Of a DNA stretch of 28,227 bases, positions 1 through 7,404 are shown in pieces. How positions within the stretch are numbered: position 1 is the stretch's first letter; each line of letters starts with the position of its first letter. The translations under genes and the position numbers were made by a program. The stretch spans positions 1 through 28,227 of IMG/VR virus record IMGVR_UViG_3300045988_125232. The stretch is one strand, 5' to 3'. The stretch is from a virus. Lineage: Duplodnaviria > Heunggongvirae > Uroviricota > Caudoviricetes. Under the pieces are notes generated by a model. That model saw only the letters and a program-made list of their open reading frames with translations, made no database searches and was not told where the DNA came from.

Positions 1-242
1 GGTATCTGATTCGCCCCAGTCCCCACATTCCTTTTCGCCGCTTCTCCCAAACCAACCTTTGATGGAATGGGCGCGTGCAGTCATATTGGTTGTATTAGCT
101 CGGCCCCCTGATTTTTCACATTCCCGACGGCACGCGTCACGGCGTGCCATATAAATTTATCAGCCAATAGAATTTGGTTAGAGAGATAAAAGCGGGATGC
201 ACAAAACTCTGCATTAGTTCGCAGAGGGGTGGGGAGTAATCC

Positions 243-272
243 TGATGTGATGTGATGGGATGGGATGGGATG
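243..272. repeat. Tandem pentanucleotide tract, (TGATG)x3 followed by (GGATG)x3
   Basis: Six consecutive 5-nt units read directly in the sequence, in non-coding DNA upstream of the tRNA-derived segment. Confidence 0.5.
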
Positions 273-396
273 TGTGCCAGTTTTGTGTCGCACGAGGATT
301 GTTACGATACTTCATCTTCATGCATGTGCCATTAACTTGAGGCGTGTGAATGCGGTAATGGCTATATAAAACAGTTAGTTAAATGTGGTTCTACTA

Positions 397-442
397 ATTC
401 GTAATGCGAAGGTCGTAGGTTCGACTCCTATTATCGGCACCA
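397..442 (+). other. Partial tRNA-Thr gene (3' 46 nt, anticodon loop to CCA); prophage attachment-site core
   Basis: Matches the 3' portion of an enterobacterial tRNA-Thr (thrW-type, anticodon CGU) as I recall it, ending in ...GGTTCGACTCCTATTATCGGCACCA. The upstream bases cannot form the complementary acceptor stem (GCCGATA is absent), so this is a fragment. It lies 14 nt from the integrase stop codon. Confidence 0.7.
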
Positions 443-456
443 TTTAAATCAATAAG

Positions 457-1620
457 TTACACATCATTAGTACCTTCCTTATTTCTTGACTGGGACAAAT
501 TTGGGACCGATGGGTTCAGAATCGAGTCTATTTGCCGTGCGTGTTCGGTAAGGTGATTAGGTGCGAGGTGAGCATATCGACGAACCATTTCGATAGACTC
601 CCAGCCTCCCATTTCCTGTAACACTGATAACGGGACTCCGGCTTGAACCAGCCAACTTGCCCAGGTGTGTCTCAAGTCGTGAAATCTGAAATCATCAATA
701 CCTGCTCGTCTCAGCGCCGCTTTCCAGGCTATGTTTGCGTCATACCGCATCTTCCTGACTGTTGGCGCTTTCGTTCCGTCTGGTTTGGTACAGCTTTCCT
801 TATACACAAATACCCAACGGTGATGATTCCCGATTTGTTTTTTCAATACGCGACATGCAGTATCATTCAGCGCAACGCCAATTGCGCGGTTTGATTTACT
901 CTCTTCCGGGTTTATCCATGCCACCCGGCGCTGCATGTCTATTTGTTGCCATTCAAGGTTGATGATGTTCGAGCGTCTTAAGCCTGTTGCAAGTGCAAAT
1001 TCAACAACAGACTTTAATGGCTCCGGACATTCATCAATCAGCCTTTGTGCTTCATGAGGCTCCAGCCAGCGGATCCGTTTATTCTTTGGTTGAGGCACTT
1101 TAATAATTGGTGCCTTATCCAGCATTTTCCATTCACGCTCTGCGGCTCTTAGCAGGGCCTTTATAAATGAAAGATGCGTAGCCTTCGTTGCAACGGACGC
1201 TGGTTTTGGCGTGTATTCTGGAACAGGTTTCCCTTTTTTTCTGCATGCTTCTGCCCTGAGTTTCCAGTTTTCCTCATGACGCCGGTTCGTCATTTTCTGC
1301 ATTGCTGAATAAATTTTTGATTCAGTAATGTCTCTTAGTTGCATTCCTGCGAAATGTTGAAGCCAGAATCCGATCCGGCTTTTGTCATCGTCCAGTGATT
1401 TTTTATGTGCTTTCTCTTCAAGCCACCTGACACACGCTTCCTCGAACGTTATATCAGGAATTTCACCAAGTTTGCTGACCCGCCATGCTTCAGCCTTTAG
1501 CTTGTCATGGAGTTCTGTCGCCTGCCTTTTGTCCTTTGTTCCAAGAGACTGTTTAAATCTTTTACCGTTCGGCAATGTGAAACTGGCGTACCATATTTCA
1601 CCTCTGCGGAAGAGTGACAT
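457..1620 (-). CDS. int: Tyrosine-type site-specific integrase (P22/Sf6-like)
   Basis: 387-aa ORF. The C-terminal region carries tyrosine-recombinase signatures ([10 protein letters not shown] and RRYAHL with the catalytic Tyr). The N-terminus [14 protein letters not shown] resembles P22-family Int as I recall it. Its 3' end abuts the tRNA-derived att core. Confidence 0.95.
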   Translation of the reverse strand: MSLFRRGEIWYASFTLPNGKRFKQSLGTKDKRQATELHDKLKAEAWRVSKLGEIPDITFEEACVRWLEEKAHKKSLDDDKSRIGFWLQHFAGMQLRDITESKIYSAMQKMTNRRHEENWKLRAEACRKKGKPVPEYTPKPASVATKATHLSFIKALLRAAEREWKMLDKAPIIKVPQPKNKRIRWLEPHEAQRLIDECPEPLKSVVEFALATGLRRSNIINLEWQQIDMQRRVAWINPEESKSNRAIGVALNDTACRVLKKQIGNHHRWVFVYKESCTKPDGTKAPTVRKMRYDANIAWKAALRRAGIDDFRFHDLRHTWASWLVQAGVPLSVLQEMGGWESIEMVRRYAHLAPNHLTEHARQIDSILNPSVPNLSQSRNKEGTNDV

Positions 1621-1847
1621 TTTCTTTCCTCTGTTATGCCATCACCCGCGCTCACCTGGACAGTATGCAGCGGAGACTGAAGCGCCGCAATGCAGGCTTG
1701 TCGTGTTGTGAGGTAAGGAGATTTATTCTTAGTGGGATCTTTGCGTGTTGCCTGCAGACGCCCTGTGCGTATCCAGTTAATGGCAGTCGGTCTGGATATC
1801 TTGAGAAAATGACAGGCCTCATCTAGCGTGAGGCTGTATGGTTCCAT
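1497..1847 (-). CDS. xis: Excisionase (Xis, P22-type)
   Basis: Internal Met of the 144-aa ORF gives a 116-aa product beginning [29 protein letters not shown], a winged-helix excisionase-like N-terminus. It has a GAGGTG Shine-Dalgarno, sits directly upstream of int and overlaps the int start, the usual xis-int arrangement. Confidence 0.75.
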   Translation of the reverse strand: MEPYSLTLDEACHFLKISRPTAINWIRTGRLQATRKDPTKNKSPYLTTRQACIAALQSPLHTVQVSAGDGITEERKCHSSAEVKYGTPVSHCRTVKDLNSLLEQRTKGRRQNSMTS

Positions 1848-2152
1848 TATTTCACCTCTTGCTGTGATATTGTTGAAAAATGAATGCCAGCTCGTTGTTG
1901 CCAGACGATCCAACCGAGAGTCATATCCCATGCCATGTATTCGTTATCGCCGTTTTTTGCTCTCCGACTATCTACTAAGCCACCGAAACGTTTTTCCATA
2001 AATAATTCATAGGATTCGCGTTCATCTGGCTCTACTTCCAGAGATAGGAGTGCGATTTCATAAGCACGGCGCTCAATATCGTCTCGCACGTCAAGGCTGC
2101 TGATACGCTCTTTGATTTCTTTAATCAGTTCTTTGTCGGTAAAAGTGGTCAT
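1847..2152 (-). CDS. Hypothetical early-left operon protein (101 aa, acidic)
   Basis: ORF translationally coupled at both ends by overlapping stop/start codons in the leftward operon; no recognisable motif. Confidence 0.55.
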   Translation of the reverse strand: MTTFTDKELIKEIKERISSLDVRDDIERRAYEIALLSLEVEPDERESYELFMEKRFGGLVDSRRAKNGDNEYMAWDMTLGWIVWQQRAGIHFSTISQQEVK

Positions 2153-2514
2153 TATGCTCCAGCCTCCGGTGCTTTTGGCATTACTGCCCAGTGAGTGATA
2201 TTGACGTTTTCAAGGTCCCCGACCTGAAATGTCCACTGCCAGTCTCCGGTTTCTTTTTGTCCCCAGGTGTACCAGAGAGAACGCCAGCCAATTAGCCAGC
2301 CTTCTCCGTTAGCATCGAATAACAAAACACTTTCATTTGCTGGTGGCAGTTCAGTTGACACTGGTATTACTTTGTTTTCCAGTGCCGCACATTTAGCTTC
2401 AAGCGCATCGAATTTACGCACCAGGTATTCAGCATCCGTTTCATTCACTTTCAGATCTCGCGGTACACATTTCCCGCGAAGAAACCCTTCCATTTCGAAA
2501 ACATTCATGCGCAT
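2152..2514 (-). CDS. Hypothetical early-left operon protein (120 aa, Trp-rich C-terminal half)
   Basis: ORF coupled to its neighbours; resembles small conserved prophage proteins of unknown function; no catalytic motif. Confidence 0.55.
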   Translation of the reverse strand: MRMNVFEMEGFLRGKCVPRDLKVNETDAEYLVRKFDALEAKCAALENKVIPVSTELPPANESVLLFDANGEGWLIGWRSLWYTWGQKETGDWQWTFQVGDLENVNITHWAVMPKAPEAGA

Positions 2515-3041
2515 TTGCGTAACTCCGATAACTCGTTAAAACGTTCCATAAACATCCCGTAGGCATGGCCTGGCGACAGTGGAATAACTTTGAACATCTC
2601 TGTTGCTGGGATACCTTCCAGTAGAGGCCAGAAAGAGCCATCATCAAGCCCGAGATCGCGGCGTTCGGTTGCCAGCATGATGAGATCGGCATATTTCACG
2701 GGCGTGCTCATAACCGGGGGTAACCCGTATTTCTCACGGATTACGGCGTCTATTTTTTCTTCCATCCGTTTATAGTCAGGAAGAAGGCGTTTCAGTTGCG
2801 CGGGGATGTCCTGACAATACGCTTCTGTTGCATCATGCATTAACGCTTCAAAGGCGAACTCTGGCGCCACAAGTTGACTGCACAGAACGGAATGCTGCGC
2901 CACGCTGTAAAAATCCGGCAAGTGTCCCGCGAAGCGGCAGATATTTGAAAGCGCACCGGCGATATCCTCGATATAAATATCGTCAATGGTGGAGTTGATA
3001 TAATTGAACTTCTTACCGGTAAGAGTCTGGATAAAACTCAT
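2505..3041 (-). CDS. HD-domain phosphohydrolase (YfbR-like 5'-deoxynucleotidase family)
   Basis: 178-aa ORF with a His...His-Asp metal-binding signature (VAQHSV ... LMHDATEAY); AAGGAG ribosome-binding site upstream of the ATG. Confidence 0.75.
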   Translation of the reverse strand: MSFIQTLTGKKFNYINSTIDDIYIEDIAGALSNICRFAGHLPDFYSVAQHSVLCSQLVAPEFAFEALMHDATEAYCQDIPAQLKRLLPDYKRMEEKIDAVIREKYGLPPVMSTPVKYADLIMLATERRDLGLDDGSFWPLLEGIPATEMFKVIPLSPGHAYGMFMERFNELSELRKCA

Positions 3042-3198
3042 CGTTAGTTCTCCTTAATTGGTGCGCTGCACCGCACGATTTTTGGTTGCACGAATCCCTC
3101 GCCATAAGGCGATTAAAAGTTTTGGTTTCGTTTCAGTAAATGCCCCATCCAGAGGCACTTAGTGCAACGGGCGGCTGCCATCGCCAGTTATTTTCCCC

Positions 3199-3283
3199 AC
3201 TCAATTGAAAGCGCGTTCCGGAGGTTTTGGACTTAACGAACTGGCACTTAATGACAAGGGACAGAACGCGCTTTCAGTTGAGT
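3199..3283. repeat. Long imperfect inverted repeat (20-bp arms, about 45-bp spacer)
   Basis: ACTCAATTGAAAGCGCGTTC and GAACGCGCTTTCAGTTGAGT are reverse complements with one mismatch, in the non-coding gap between the HD gene and the moron. Confidence 0.5.
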
Positions 3284-3424
3284 AAAAAGGTGGCTATTCA
3301 TCAGAACATTGTCGCCTTCATTAGGTTTATCTGTTGAAGATCTGTAAGCCGCTTATAAATAAGTAGATATAAGATATTAGGAAAAGAAGAAGGACGTTAT
3401 AGTTTTATTTGTGATGTGCAAAGT

Positions 3425-3455
3425 ATATTTGAATAAAACCCGCCCAGCGGGTTCT
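3425..3455 (-). terminator. Rho-independent terminator downstream of the 198-aa moron gene
   Basis: GC-rich hairpin (AACCCGC...GCGGGTT) followed on the minus strand by a U-rich tract, just past the stop codon at 3464. Confidence 0.5.
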
Positions 3456-3463
3456 AAAGTGTT

Positions 3464-4060
3464 TTAATGATTGTCGTAATAATTAATTGGCTCATCATTT
3501 TTTTGGTCTGGCATAGTTATGGACCACTTTATATTCTTTAGGCTGTTATGTTTTTTATTGACCTTAAGCTCTCTCTTTGCTTCAGAGATAATATCGTCTA
3601 GTAATACTTTTAATTTATCAAGTCTTGACTTGTGGGCATCTATCAACTCTATACTATCAAACTCCCATTGTATAAATAGATTTTCTTCATTTTCAATGAA
3701 TGAACGGATTTTATCCCCACACTCTTCTGTTAAGAATAATGAAGATAGCTCACCTATTCTACTGAGTTTTTCAAGCTCATTAGAGAAAGATTTGCTAAGG
3801 ATTTCATTTTCTTCTTTTGATTTGTAACTAAAGTAGGTTGGGAATTGTGAAGCGTGATGTAACTCATGTTTATACCAATAGTCAGCTGTGTTTTTTAGAA
3901 GATAAACACAGTCAACTAATTGCGTATACAAATCTATTCTTTTGTCCCACCATTTTTCTTTATAATAACGGCCGAGTGCATATCGCGCAGTTAAGTAAGC
4001 TGCGATTGAGCCTGTAACAAGTCCGATAATTACCTTTGATATAAGGTCATGCCAATCCAT
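3464..4060 (-). CDS. Membrane-anchored protein of unknown function (moron; candidate lysogen-expressed exclusion or abortive-infection factor)
   Basis: 198-aa ORF with one N-terminal hydrophobic helix (VIIGLVTGSIAAYLTA), then a charged, Lys/Glu-rich helical body. Visibly AT-rich compared with flanking phage genes, with its own AT-rich upstream region and its own terminator. Confidence 0.7.
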   Translation of the reverse strand: MDWHDLISKVIIGLVTGSIAAYLTARYALGRYYKEKWWDKRIDLYTQLVDCVYLLKNTADYWYKHELHHASQFPTYFSYKSKEENEILSKSFSNELEKLSRIGELSSLFLTEECGDKIRSFIENEENLFIQWEFDSIELIDAHKSRLDKLKVLLDDIISEAKRELKVNKKHNSLKNIKWSITMPDQKNDEPINYYDNH

Positions 4061-4511
4061 TTTTATTTTTCCTACATTATGTTATATAATTGTTCATATC
4101 ATACAATTGTTGAGTATAGATGTCTCGTTATTCATCAACATTTACTCCTGTTAAATTAGGGGGAGTATGTATTAAAAATATTCATCTGGGTCGTCTAAAT
4201 ATTTTTGATAAACTAATAGCAATAACACTATCAATATTGCCTGCCCTCACGTCGTTCTTGCTCTCGCGCGATTTTTAACTAAACACTAGCAGGATTTATC
4301 ATGGTGCTACGCTACATTTACTTGTAGGGAGCTAAACAGATCATTGACGCTGAAAATATTCAAATTGTTAAAGAGCGAAGCGTCCTATGGGCGTTTTGTT
4401 GCTAACGAATCATCTTGGACTTCATATGCCCCAGGCGGCTACTTCGTGGACGTCCTGCCTGTTTGTTGTTTCTCTTGGGTACATTATGTATCTCAAAGGT
4501 ACATTGTCAAG

Positions 4512-4538
4512 TATAAAAAAACCTGCCGAAGCAGGTTC
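4512..4538 (-). terminator. Rho-independent terminator after the repressor gene
   Basis: Hairpin AACCTGC-CGAA-GCAGGTT followed on the minus strand by a run of U residues, immediately downstream of the repressor stop (4550). Confidence 0.55.
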
Positions 4539-4549
4539 ATAAACATTGA

Positions 4550-5224
4550 TTAGGCTTTGATTTTGTATCTTCTTGGTTTTCCTGAGAAAATCACTGTACC
4601 AATTATAGAGCAATTACCGTTGATCTTAATGTAAGGCTCAGGCCAGTTTGGGTTTAACGCTTTGAGATAACGCTGTGTCCCATCTTCTATCAACCTTTTG
4701 AAGGTGGTTTCACCTGTATCGTGCATCAATGCAATAACGTCGTCACCGTGGCAGGCAGGTACTTCAGGATCGACAAAAATCATGTCTCCCGGGCGGTACT
4801 CATCAATCATTGAATCACCTATCACCCGCAAGATATAAGTCATTTCCCCACAGGGGACAGGGCAGGGATACGTTTCTGCTGTGCTCAAATCAACCTCAGA
4901 ATATCCAACTTCTTTCCATGCTCCGGCCTGTACCCATGATATGACAGGGACTAATGTGATTTGTTTATTAGTGATTGAAACATCAGGTTTTTTTGTGATG
5001 TTCGTTGTCTGGTGTTCTTGATCGAGCCATCCGACAGGCAGGTCGAAACATTTTTCGATGTGTCGTGCCATGCTGTCACCGATATTTTTAGTAGCACCAT
5101 CTCCCATAAACCTGCTGGTCTGGGTTGGCTCGCGATCAATCATAGTGGCAAAGGAAGAATTCCCGCCAACACCATCTCTCAGTTTTCTGGCGTTAGACCG
5201 CCGGATGTCATGGATTGTTTTCAT
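4550..5224 (-). CDS. cI: CI-type prophage repressor (HTH plus S24 LexA-like autopeptidase domain)
   Basis: 224-aa ORF. The C-terminal domain carries the Ser/Lys dyad context (VIGDSM ... FKRL) and its end (LNPNWPEPYIKINGNCSIIGTVI) resembles P22 C2 / lambda CI. Divergently arranged against the cro-like gene. Confidence 0.9.
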   Translation of the reverse strand: MKTIHDIRRSNARKLRDGVGGNSSFATMIDREPTQTSRFMGDGATKNIGDSMARHIEKCFDLPVGWLDQEHQTTNITKKPDVSITNKQITLVPVISWVQAGAWKEVGYSEVDLSTAETYPCPVPCGEMTYILRVIGDSMIDEYRPGDMIFVDPEVPACHGDDVIALMHDTGETTFKRLIEDGTQRYLKALNPNWPEPYIKINGNCSIIGTVIFSGKPRRYKIKA

Positions 5225-5239
5225 AACGAAATTAAAACC

Positions 5240-5311
5240 CTTGTACCGTTAAGGTACAAGTATCTTGAAGGTTCATTTCAATCATGTAATATGTACATCG
5301 GAGGTACATAT
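5240..5311. promoter_or_regulatory. Operator/promoter region between the repressor and cro (three dyad-symmetric sites)
   Basis: Dyads read in sequence: CTTGTACC-N5-GGTACAAG, TTGAA-N7-TTCAA and ATATGTAC-N7-GTACATAT. A TAATAT -10-like hexamer and GGAGGT ribosome-binding site precede the cro ATG. Confidence 0.6.
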
Positions 5312-5314
5312 TGT

Positions 5315-5515
5315 ATGAAAGCGTATTGGGACTCTTTAACCAAAGAACAGCAGGGCGAGTTGGCCGGAAAAGTTGGCTCAACACCTGGCTACTTACGGCT
5401 GGTTTTCAATGGCTATAAAAAAGCCAGTTTTGTGCTGGCTAAAAAACTTGAGCAATGCACGTCAGGTGCAATTACGAAATCTGACTTAAGACCGGATATC
5501 TATCCGAAAGATTAG
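5315..5515 (+). CDS. cro: Cro-like HTH regulator (YdaS/Cro family)
   Basis: 66-aa product from an internal ATG with a GGAGGT Shine-Dalgarno; HTH-like segment and conserved LRPD motif typical of YdaS-type Cro analogues. The 167-aa ORF in the track is an upstream extension through the operator region. Confidence 0.7.
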   Translation: MKAYWDSLTKEQQGELAGKVGSTPGYLRLVFNGYKKASFVLAKKLEQCTSGAITKSDLRPDIYPKD

Positions 5516-5546
5516 CAGAACACTTTCAATTTTTAACCACAGAACG

Positions 5547-6116
5547 ATGAGGCTAATCGTGGGTAAGCATCACTGGAAAATAGAAAAACAGCCTGAGTGG
5601 TACGTGAAAGCTGTCAGAAAAACTATCGCGGCGTTGCCGGGTGGTTACGCTGAAGCGGCTGACTGGCTCGATGTAACAGAAAACGCTTTATTCAACCGCC
5701 TTCGTGCAGATGGCGATCAGATTTTCCCGCTGGGATGGGCAATGGTTTTACAGCGTGCTGGTGGCACTCACTTCATTGCTGATGCTGTGGCGCAGTCTGC
5801 AAATGGCGTCTTTGTGTCTCTTCCTGACGTCGAGGATGTGGACAACGCCGATATTAACCAGCGTCTGCTGGAAGTCATTGAACAGATCGGCAGTTATTCA
5901 AAACAGATTCGTTCAGCAATCGAAGACGGTGTAGTGGAACCGCATGAGAAGACAGCAATTAACGACGAGCTGTATCTCTCAATTTCGAAGCTGCAGGAGC
6001 ATGCAGCACTTGTCTACAAAATTTTTTGCATTTCAGAAAGTAATGACGCCCGCGAGTGTGCAGCTCCGGGCGTCGTGGCGTCGATTGCTTCTGGTTGTGG
6101 AGAAACTAACGCATGA
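5547..6116 (+). CDS. Putative CII-like / YdaT-like early regulatory protein (189 aa)
   Basis: Position immediately downstream of cro, same strand; assignment by synteny only. Confidence 0.5.
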   Translation: MRLIVGKHHWKIEKQPEWYVKAVRKTIAALPGGYAEAADWLDVTENALFNRLRADGDQIFPLGWAMVLQRAGGTHFIADAVAQSANGVFVSLPDVEDVDNADINQRLLEVIEQIGSYSKQIRSAIEDGVVEPHEKTAINDELYLSISKLQEHAALVYKIFCISESNDARECAAPGVVASIASGCGETNA

Positions 6117-6291
6117 ACAGTTTAACAACACACTACCGTCGCTCGCAACTGATTGCGCTTCCTGTACCGGGTGGAAAAGCGAAGGTGGAATATTGCTATG
6201 CAGTGAATGTACCAGGTGACAGGGAAATTGTAACCCACAGCTTTGCAGAGTGGGCTGTGGGTGATTTCAACCGGCAGAAGGAGACAGTCCT

Positions 6292-6471
6292 TTGCGACAA
6301 GTTAACCGCTGGTTCAAAGATCACTACGGAGTACCCGTCAGAGTCATTCGTTGGGAGCCGGAAACACAACGGGTTATCTACCTCCGCGAAGACTATGAGC
6401 ATGAGTGCTTCAGCCCGCTCGAACAGTTTCGTCGTAAATTCAGGGAAATAGAGGTCGGTCATGAGCACTAA
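6292..6471 (+). CDS. Small protein (59 aa, TTG start) translationally coupled to the replication gene
   Basis: AAGGAG ribosome-binding site 8 nt upstream of TTG; its stop overlaps the ATG of the next gene. The product (…[35 protein letters not shown]…) is more protein-like than the serine-rich tail of the overlapping 112-aa ORF. Confidence 0.35.
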   Translation: MRQVNRWFKDHYGVPVRVIRWEPETQRVIYLREDYEHECFSPLEQFRRKFREIEVGHEH

Positions 6472-7402
6472 ATTAACCGGCTATGTATGGGATGGTTGCG
6501 CTGCGTCAGGCATGAAATTATCCAGCGTGGCAATTATGGCCCGCCTGGCTGATTTCAGTAATGACGAAGGTGTGTGCTGGCCATCAATTGAAACCATTGC
6601 CCGTCAGATTGGCGCGGGGATGAGTACCGTCAGAACGGCTATCGCACGGCTGGAAGCAGAAGGCTGGTTAACGCGTAAGGCGCGTCGCCAGGGTAACCGC
6701 AATGCGTCGAATGTTTATCAGCTTAACGTTGCGAAGCTTCAGGCAGCGGCATTTTCTCAACTGTCAGATTCTGACCCGTCAAAATCTGACGCATCAAAAT
6801 CTGACCCGTCAAAATTTGATGCGTCGAAATCTGGCAAAAAAGCGGGTTTTCACCCGTCAGAATCTGGCGGGGATCCGTCAGTAAAATCAAAACATGATCC
6901 GTCAGATAAAAAAACTTCTCGTCCGGACGCTTCGCAACCGGACACGCAGACGGCTGAACAGGAGTTTTTAACTCGCCATCCTGATGCGGTTGTATTCAGC
7001 CCTAAAAAGCGCCAGTGGGGAACGCAGGATGATTTGACCTGCGCACAGTGGCTCTGGAAAAAAATCATCGCCCTGTACGAGCAGGCCGCCGAATGTGACG
7101 GCGAGGTGGTTCGTCCCAAAGAACCGAACTGGACAGCCTGGGCAAACGAAATTCGCCTGATGTGTGTGCAGGATGGTCGTACTCACAAACAAATCTGCGA
7201 GATGTACAGCCGCGTCAGCCGCGATCCGTTCTGGTGCCGTAACGTGCTCAGCCCGTCGAAGCTGCGGGAAAAATGGGATGAGCTTTCCCTGCGCTTATCG
7301 CCGTCCGTCAGCACGTACACCGAAAAACGCGAAGACCCGTACTTCAAAGCCAGTTACGACAACGTGGACTACAGCCAGATCCCGGCAGGATTCAGGGGGT
7401 GA
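6461..7402 (+). CDS. Replication initiator (O-like, N-terminal winged-helix DNA-binding domain)
   Basis: 313-aa ORF with an N-terminal HTH typical of phage/plasmid replication initiators (…WPSIETIARQIGAGMSTVRTAIARLEAEGWL…); a repeat-encoded low-complexity linker (DPSKSDASKSDPSKFDASKS) overlies DNA iterons. Confidence 0.8.
   Translation: MSTKLTGYVWDGCAASGMKLSSVAIMARLADFSNDEGVCWPSIETIARQIGAGMSTVRTAIARLEAEGWLTRKARRQGNRNASNVYQLNVAKLQAAAFSQLSDSDPSKSDASKSDPSKFDASKSGKKAGFHPSESGGDPSVKSKHDPSDKKTSRPDASQPDTQTAEQEFLTRHPDAVVFSPKKRQWGTQDDLTCAQWLWKKIIALYEQAAECDGEVVRPKEPNWTAWANEIRLMCVQDGRTHKQICEMYSRVSRDPFWCRNVLSPSKLREKWDELSLRLSPSVSTYTEKREDPYFKASYDNVDYSQIPAGFRG
6761..6845. repeat. Iteron array inside the replication gene (putative origin)
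   Basis: At least four tandem 15-bp units (TCTGACCCGTCAAAA, TCTGACGCATCAAAA, TCTGACCCGTCAAAA, TTTGATGCGTCGAAA), with further CCGTCAG repeats and A-rich tracts out to about 6905. Confidence 0.6.
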
Positions 7403-7404
7403 TC

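Noticed and set aside
81-293. 70-aa minus-strand ORF in the left flank
   Set aside because: No ribosome-binding site, odd composition (Pro/Thr/His-rich), and it overlaps the pentanucleotide repeat; likely non-coding.
367-442. Intact 76-nt tRNA-Thr gene
   Set aside because: Only the 3' 46 nt match the tRNA; the upstream bases cannot pair with the acceptor-stem 3' strand, so this is an att-core fragment.
4344-4613. Two short ORFs (4344-4553 plus strand, 4422-4613 minus strand) next to the repressor
   Set aside because: They overlap the repressor terminator and 3' end, have no convincing start signals, and do not resemble an N-like antiterminator; treated as regulatory DNA.
5012-5515. 167-aa ORF as the cro gene
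   Set aside because: Its 5' two-thirds run antisense through the repressor N-terminus and the operators; only the last 66 codons, after a GGAGGT site, look like a real Cro-like gene.
6113-6451. 112-aa ORF as an independent gene
   Set aside because: Its C-terminal half is serine-rich with rare codons and overlaps a better-supported frame (6292-6471); kept only as a possible frameshifted remnant.
6761-6845. CRISPR array
   Set aside because: The units are 15 bp, contiguous, without spacers, and lie inside a coding sequence; these are origin-type iterons.
6702-6884. 60-aa ORF inside the replication gene
   Set aside because: It is an alternative-frame reading of the iteron repeats (low-complexity RQNLT repeats); a by-product of the DNA repeats.
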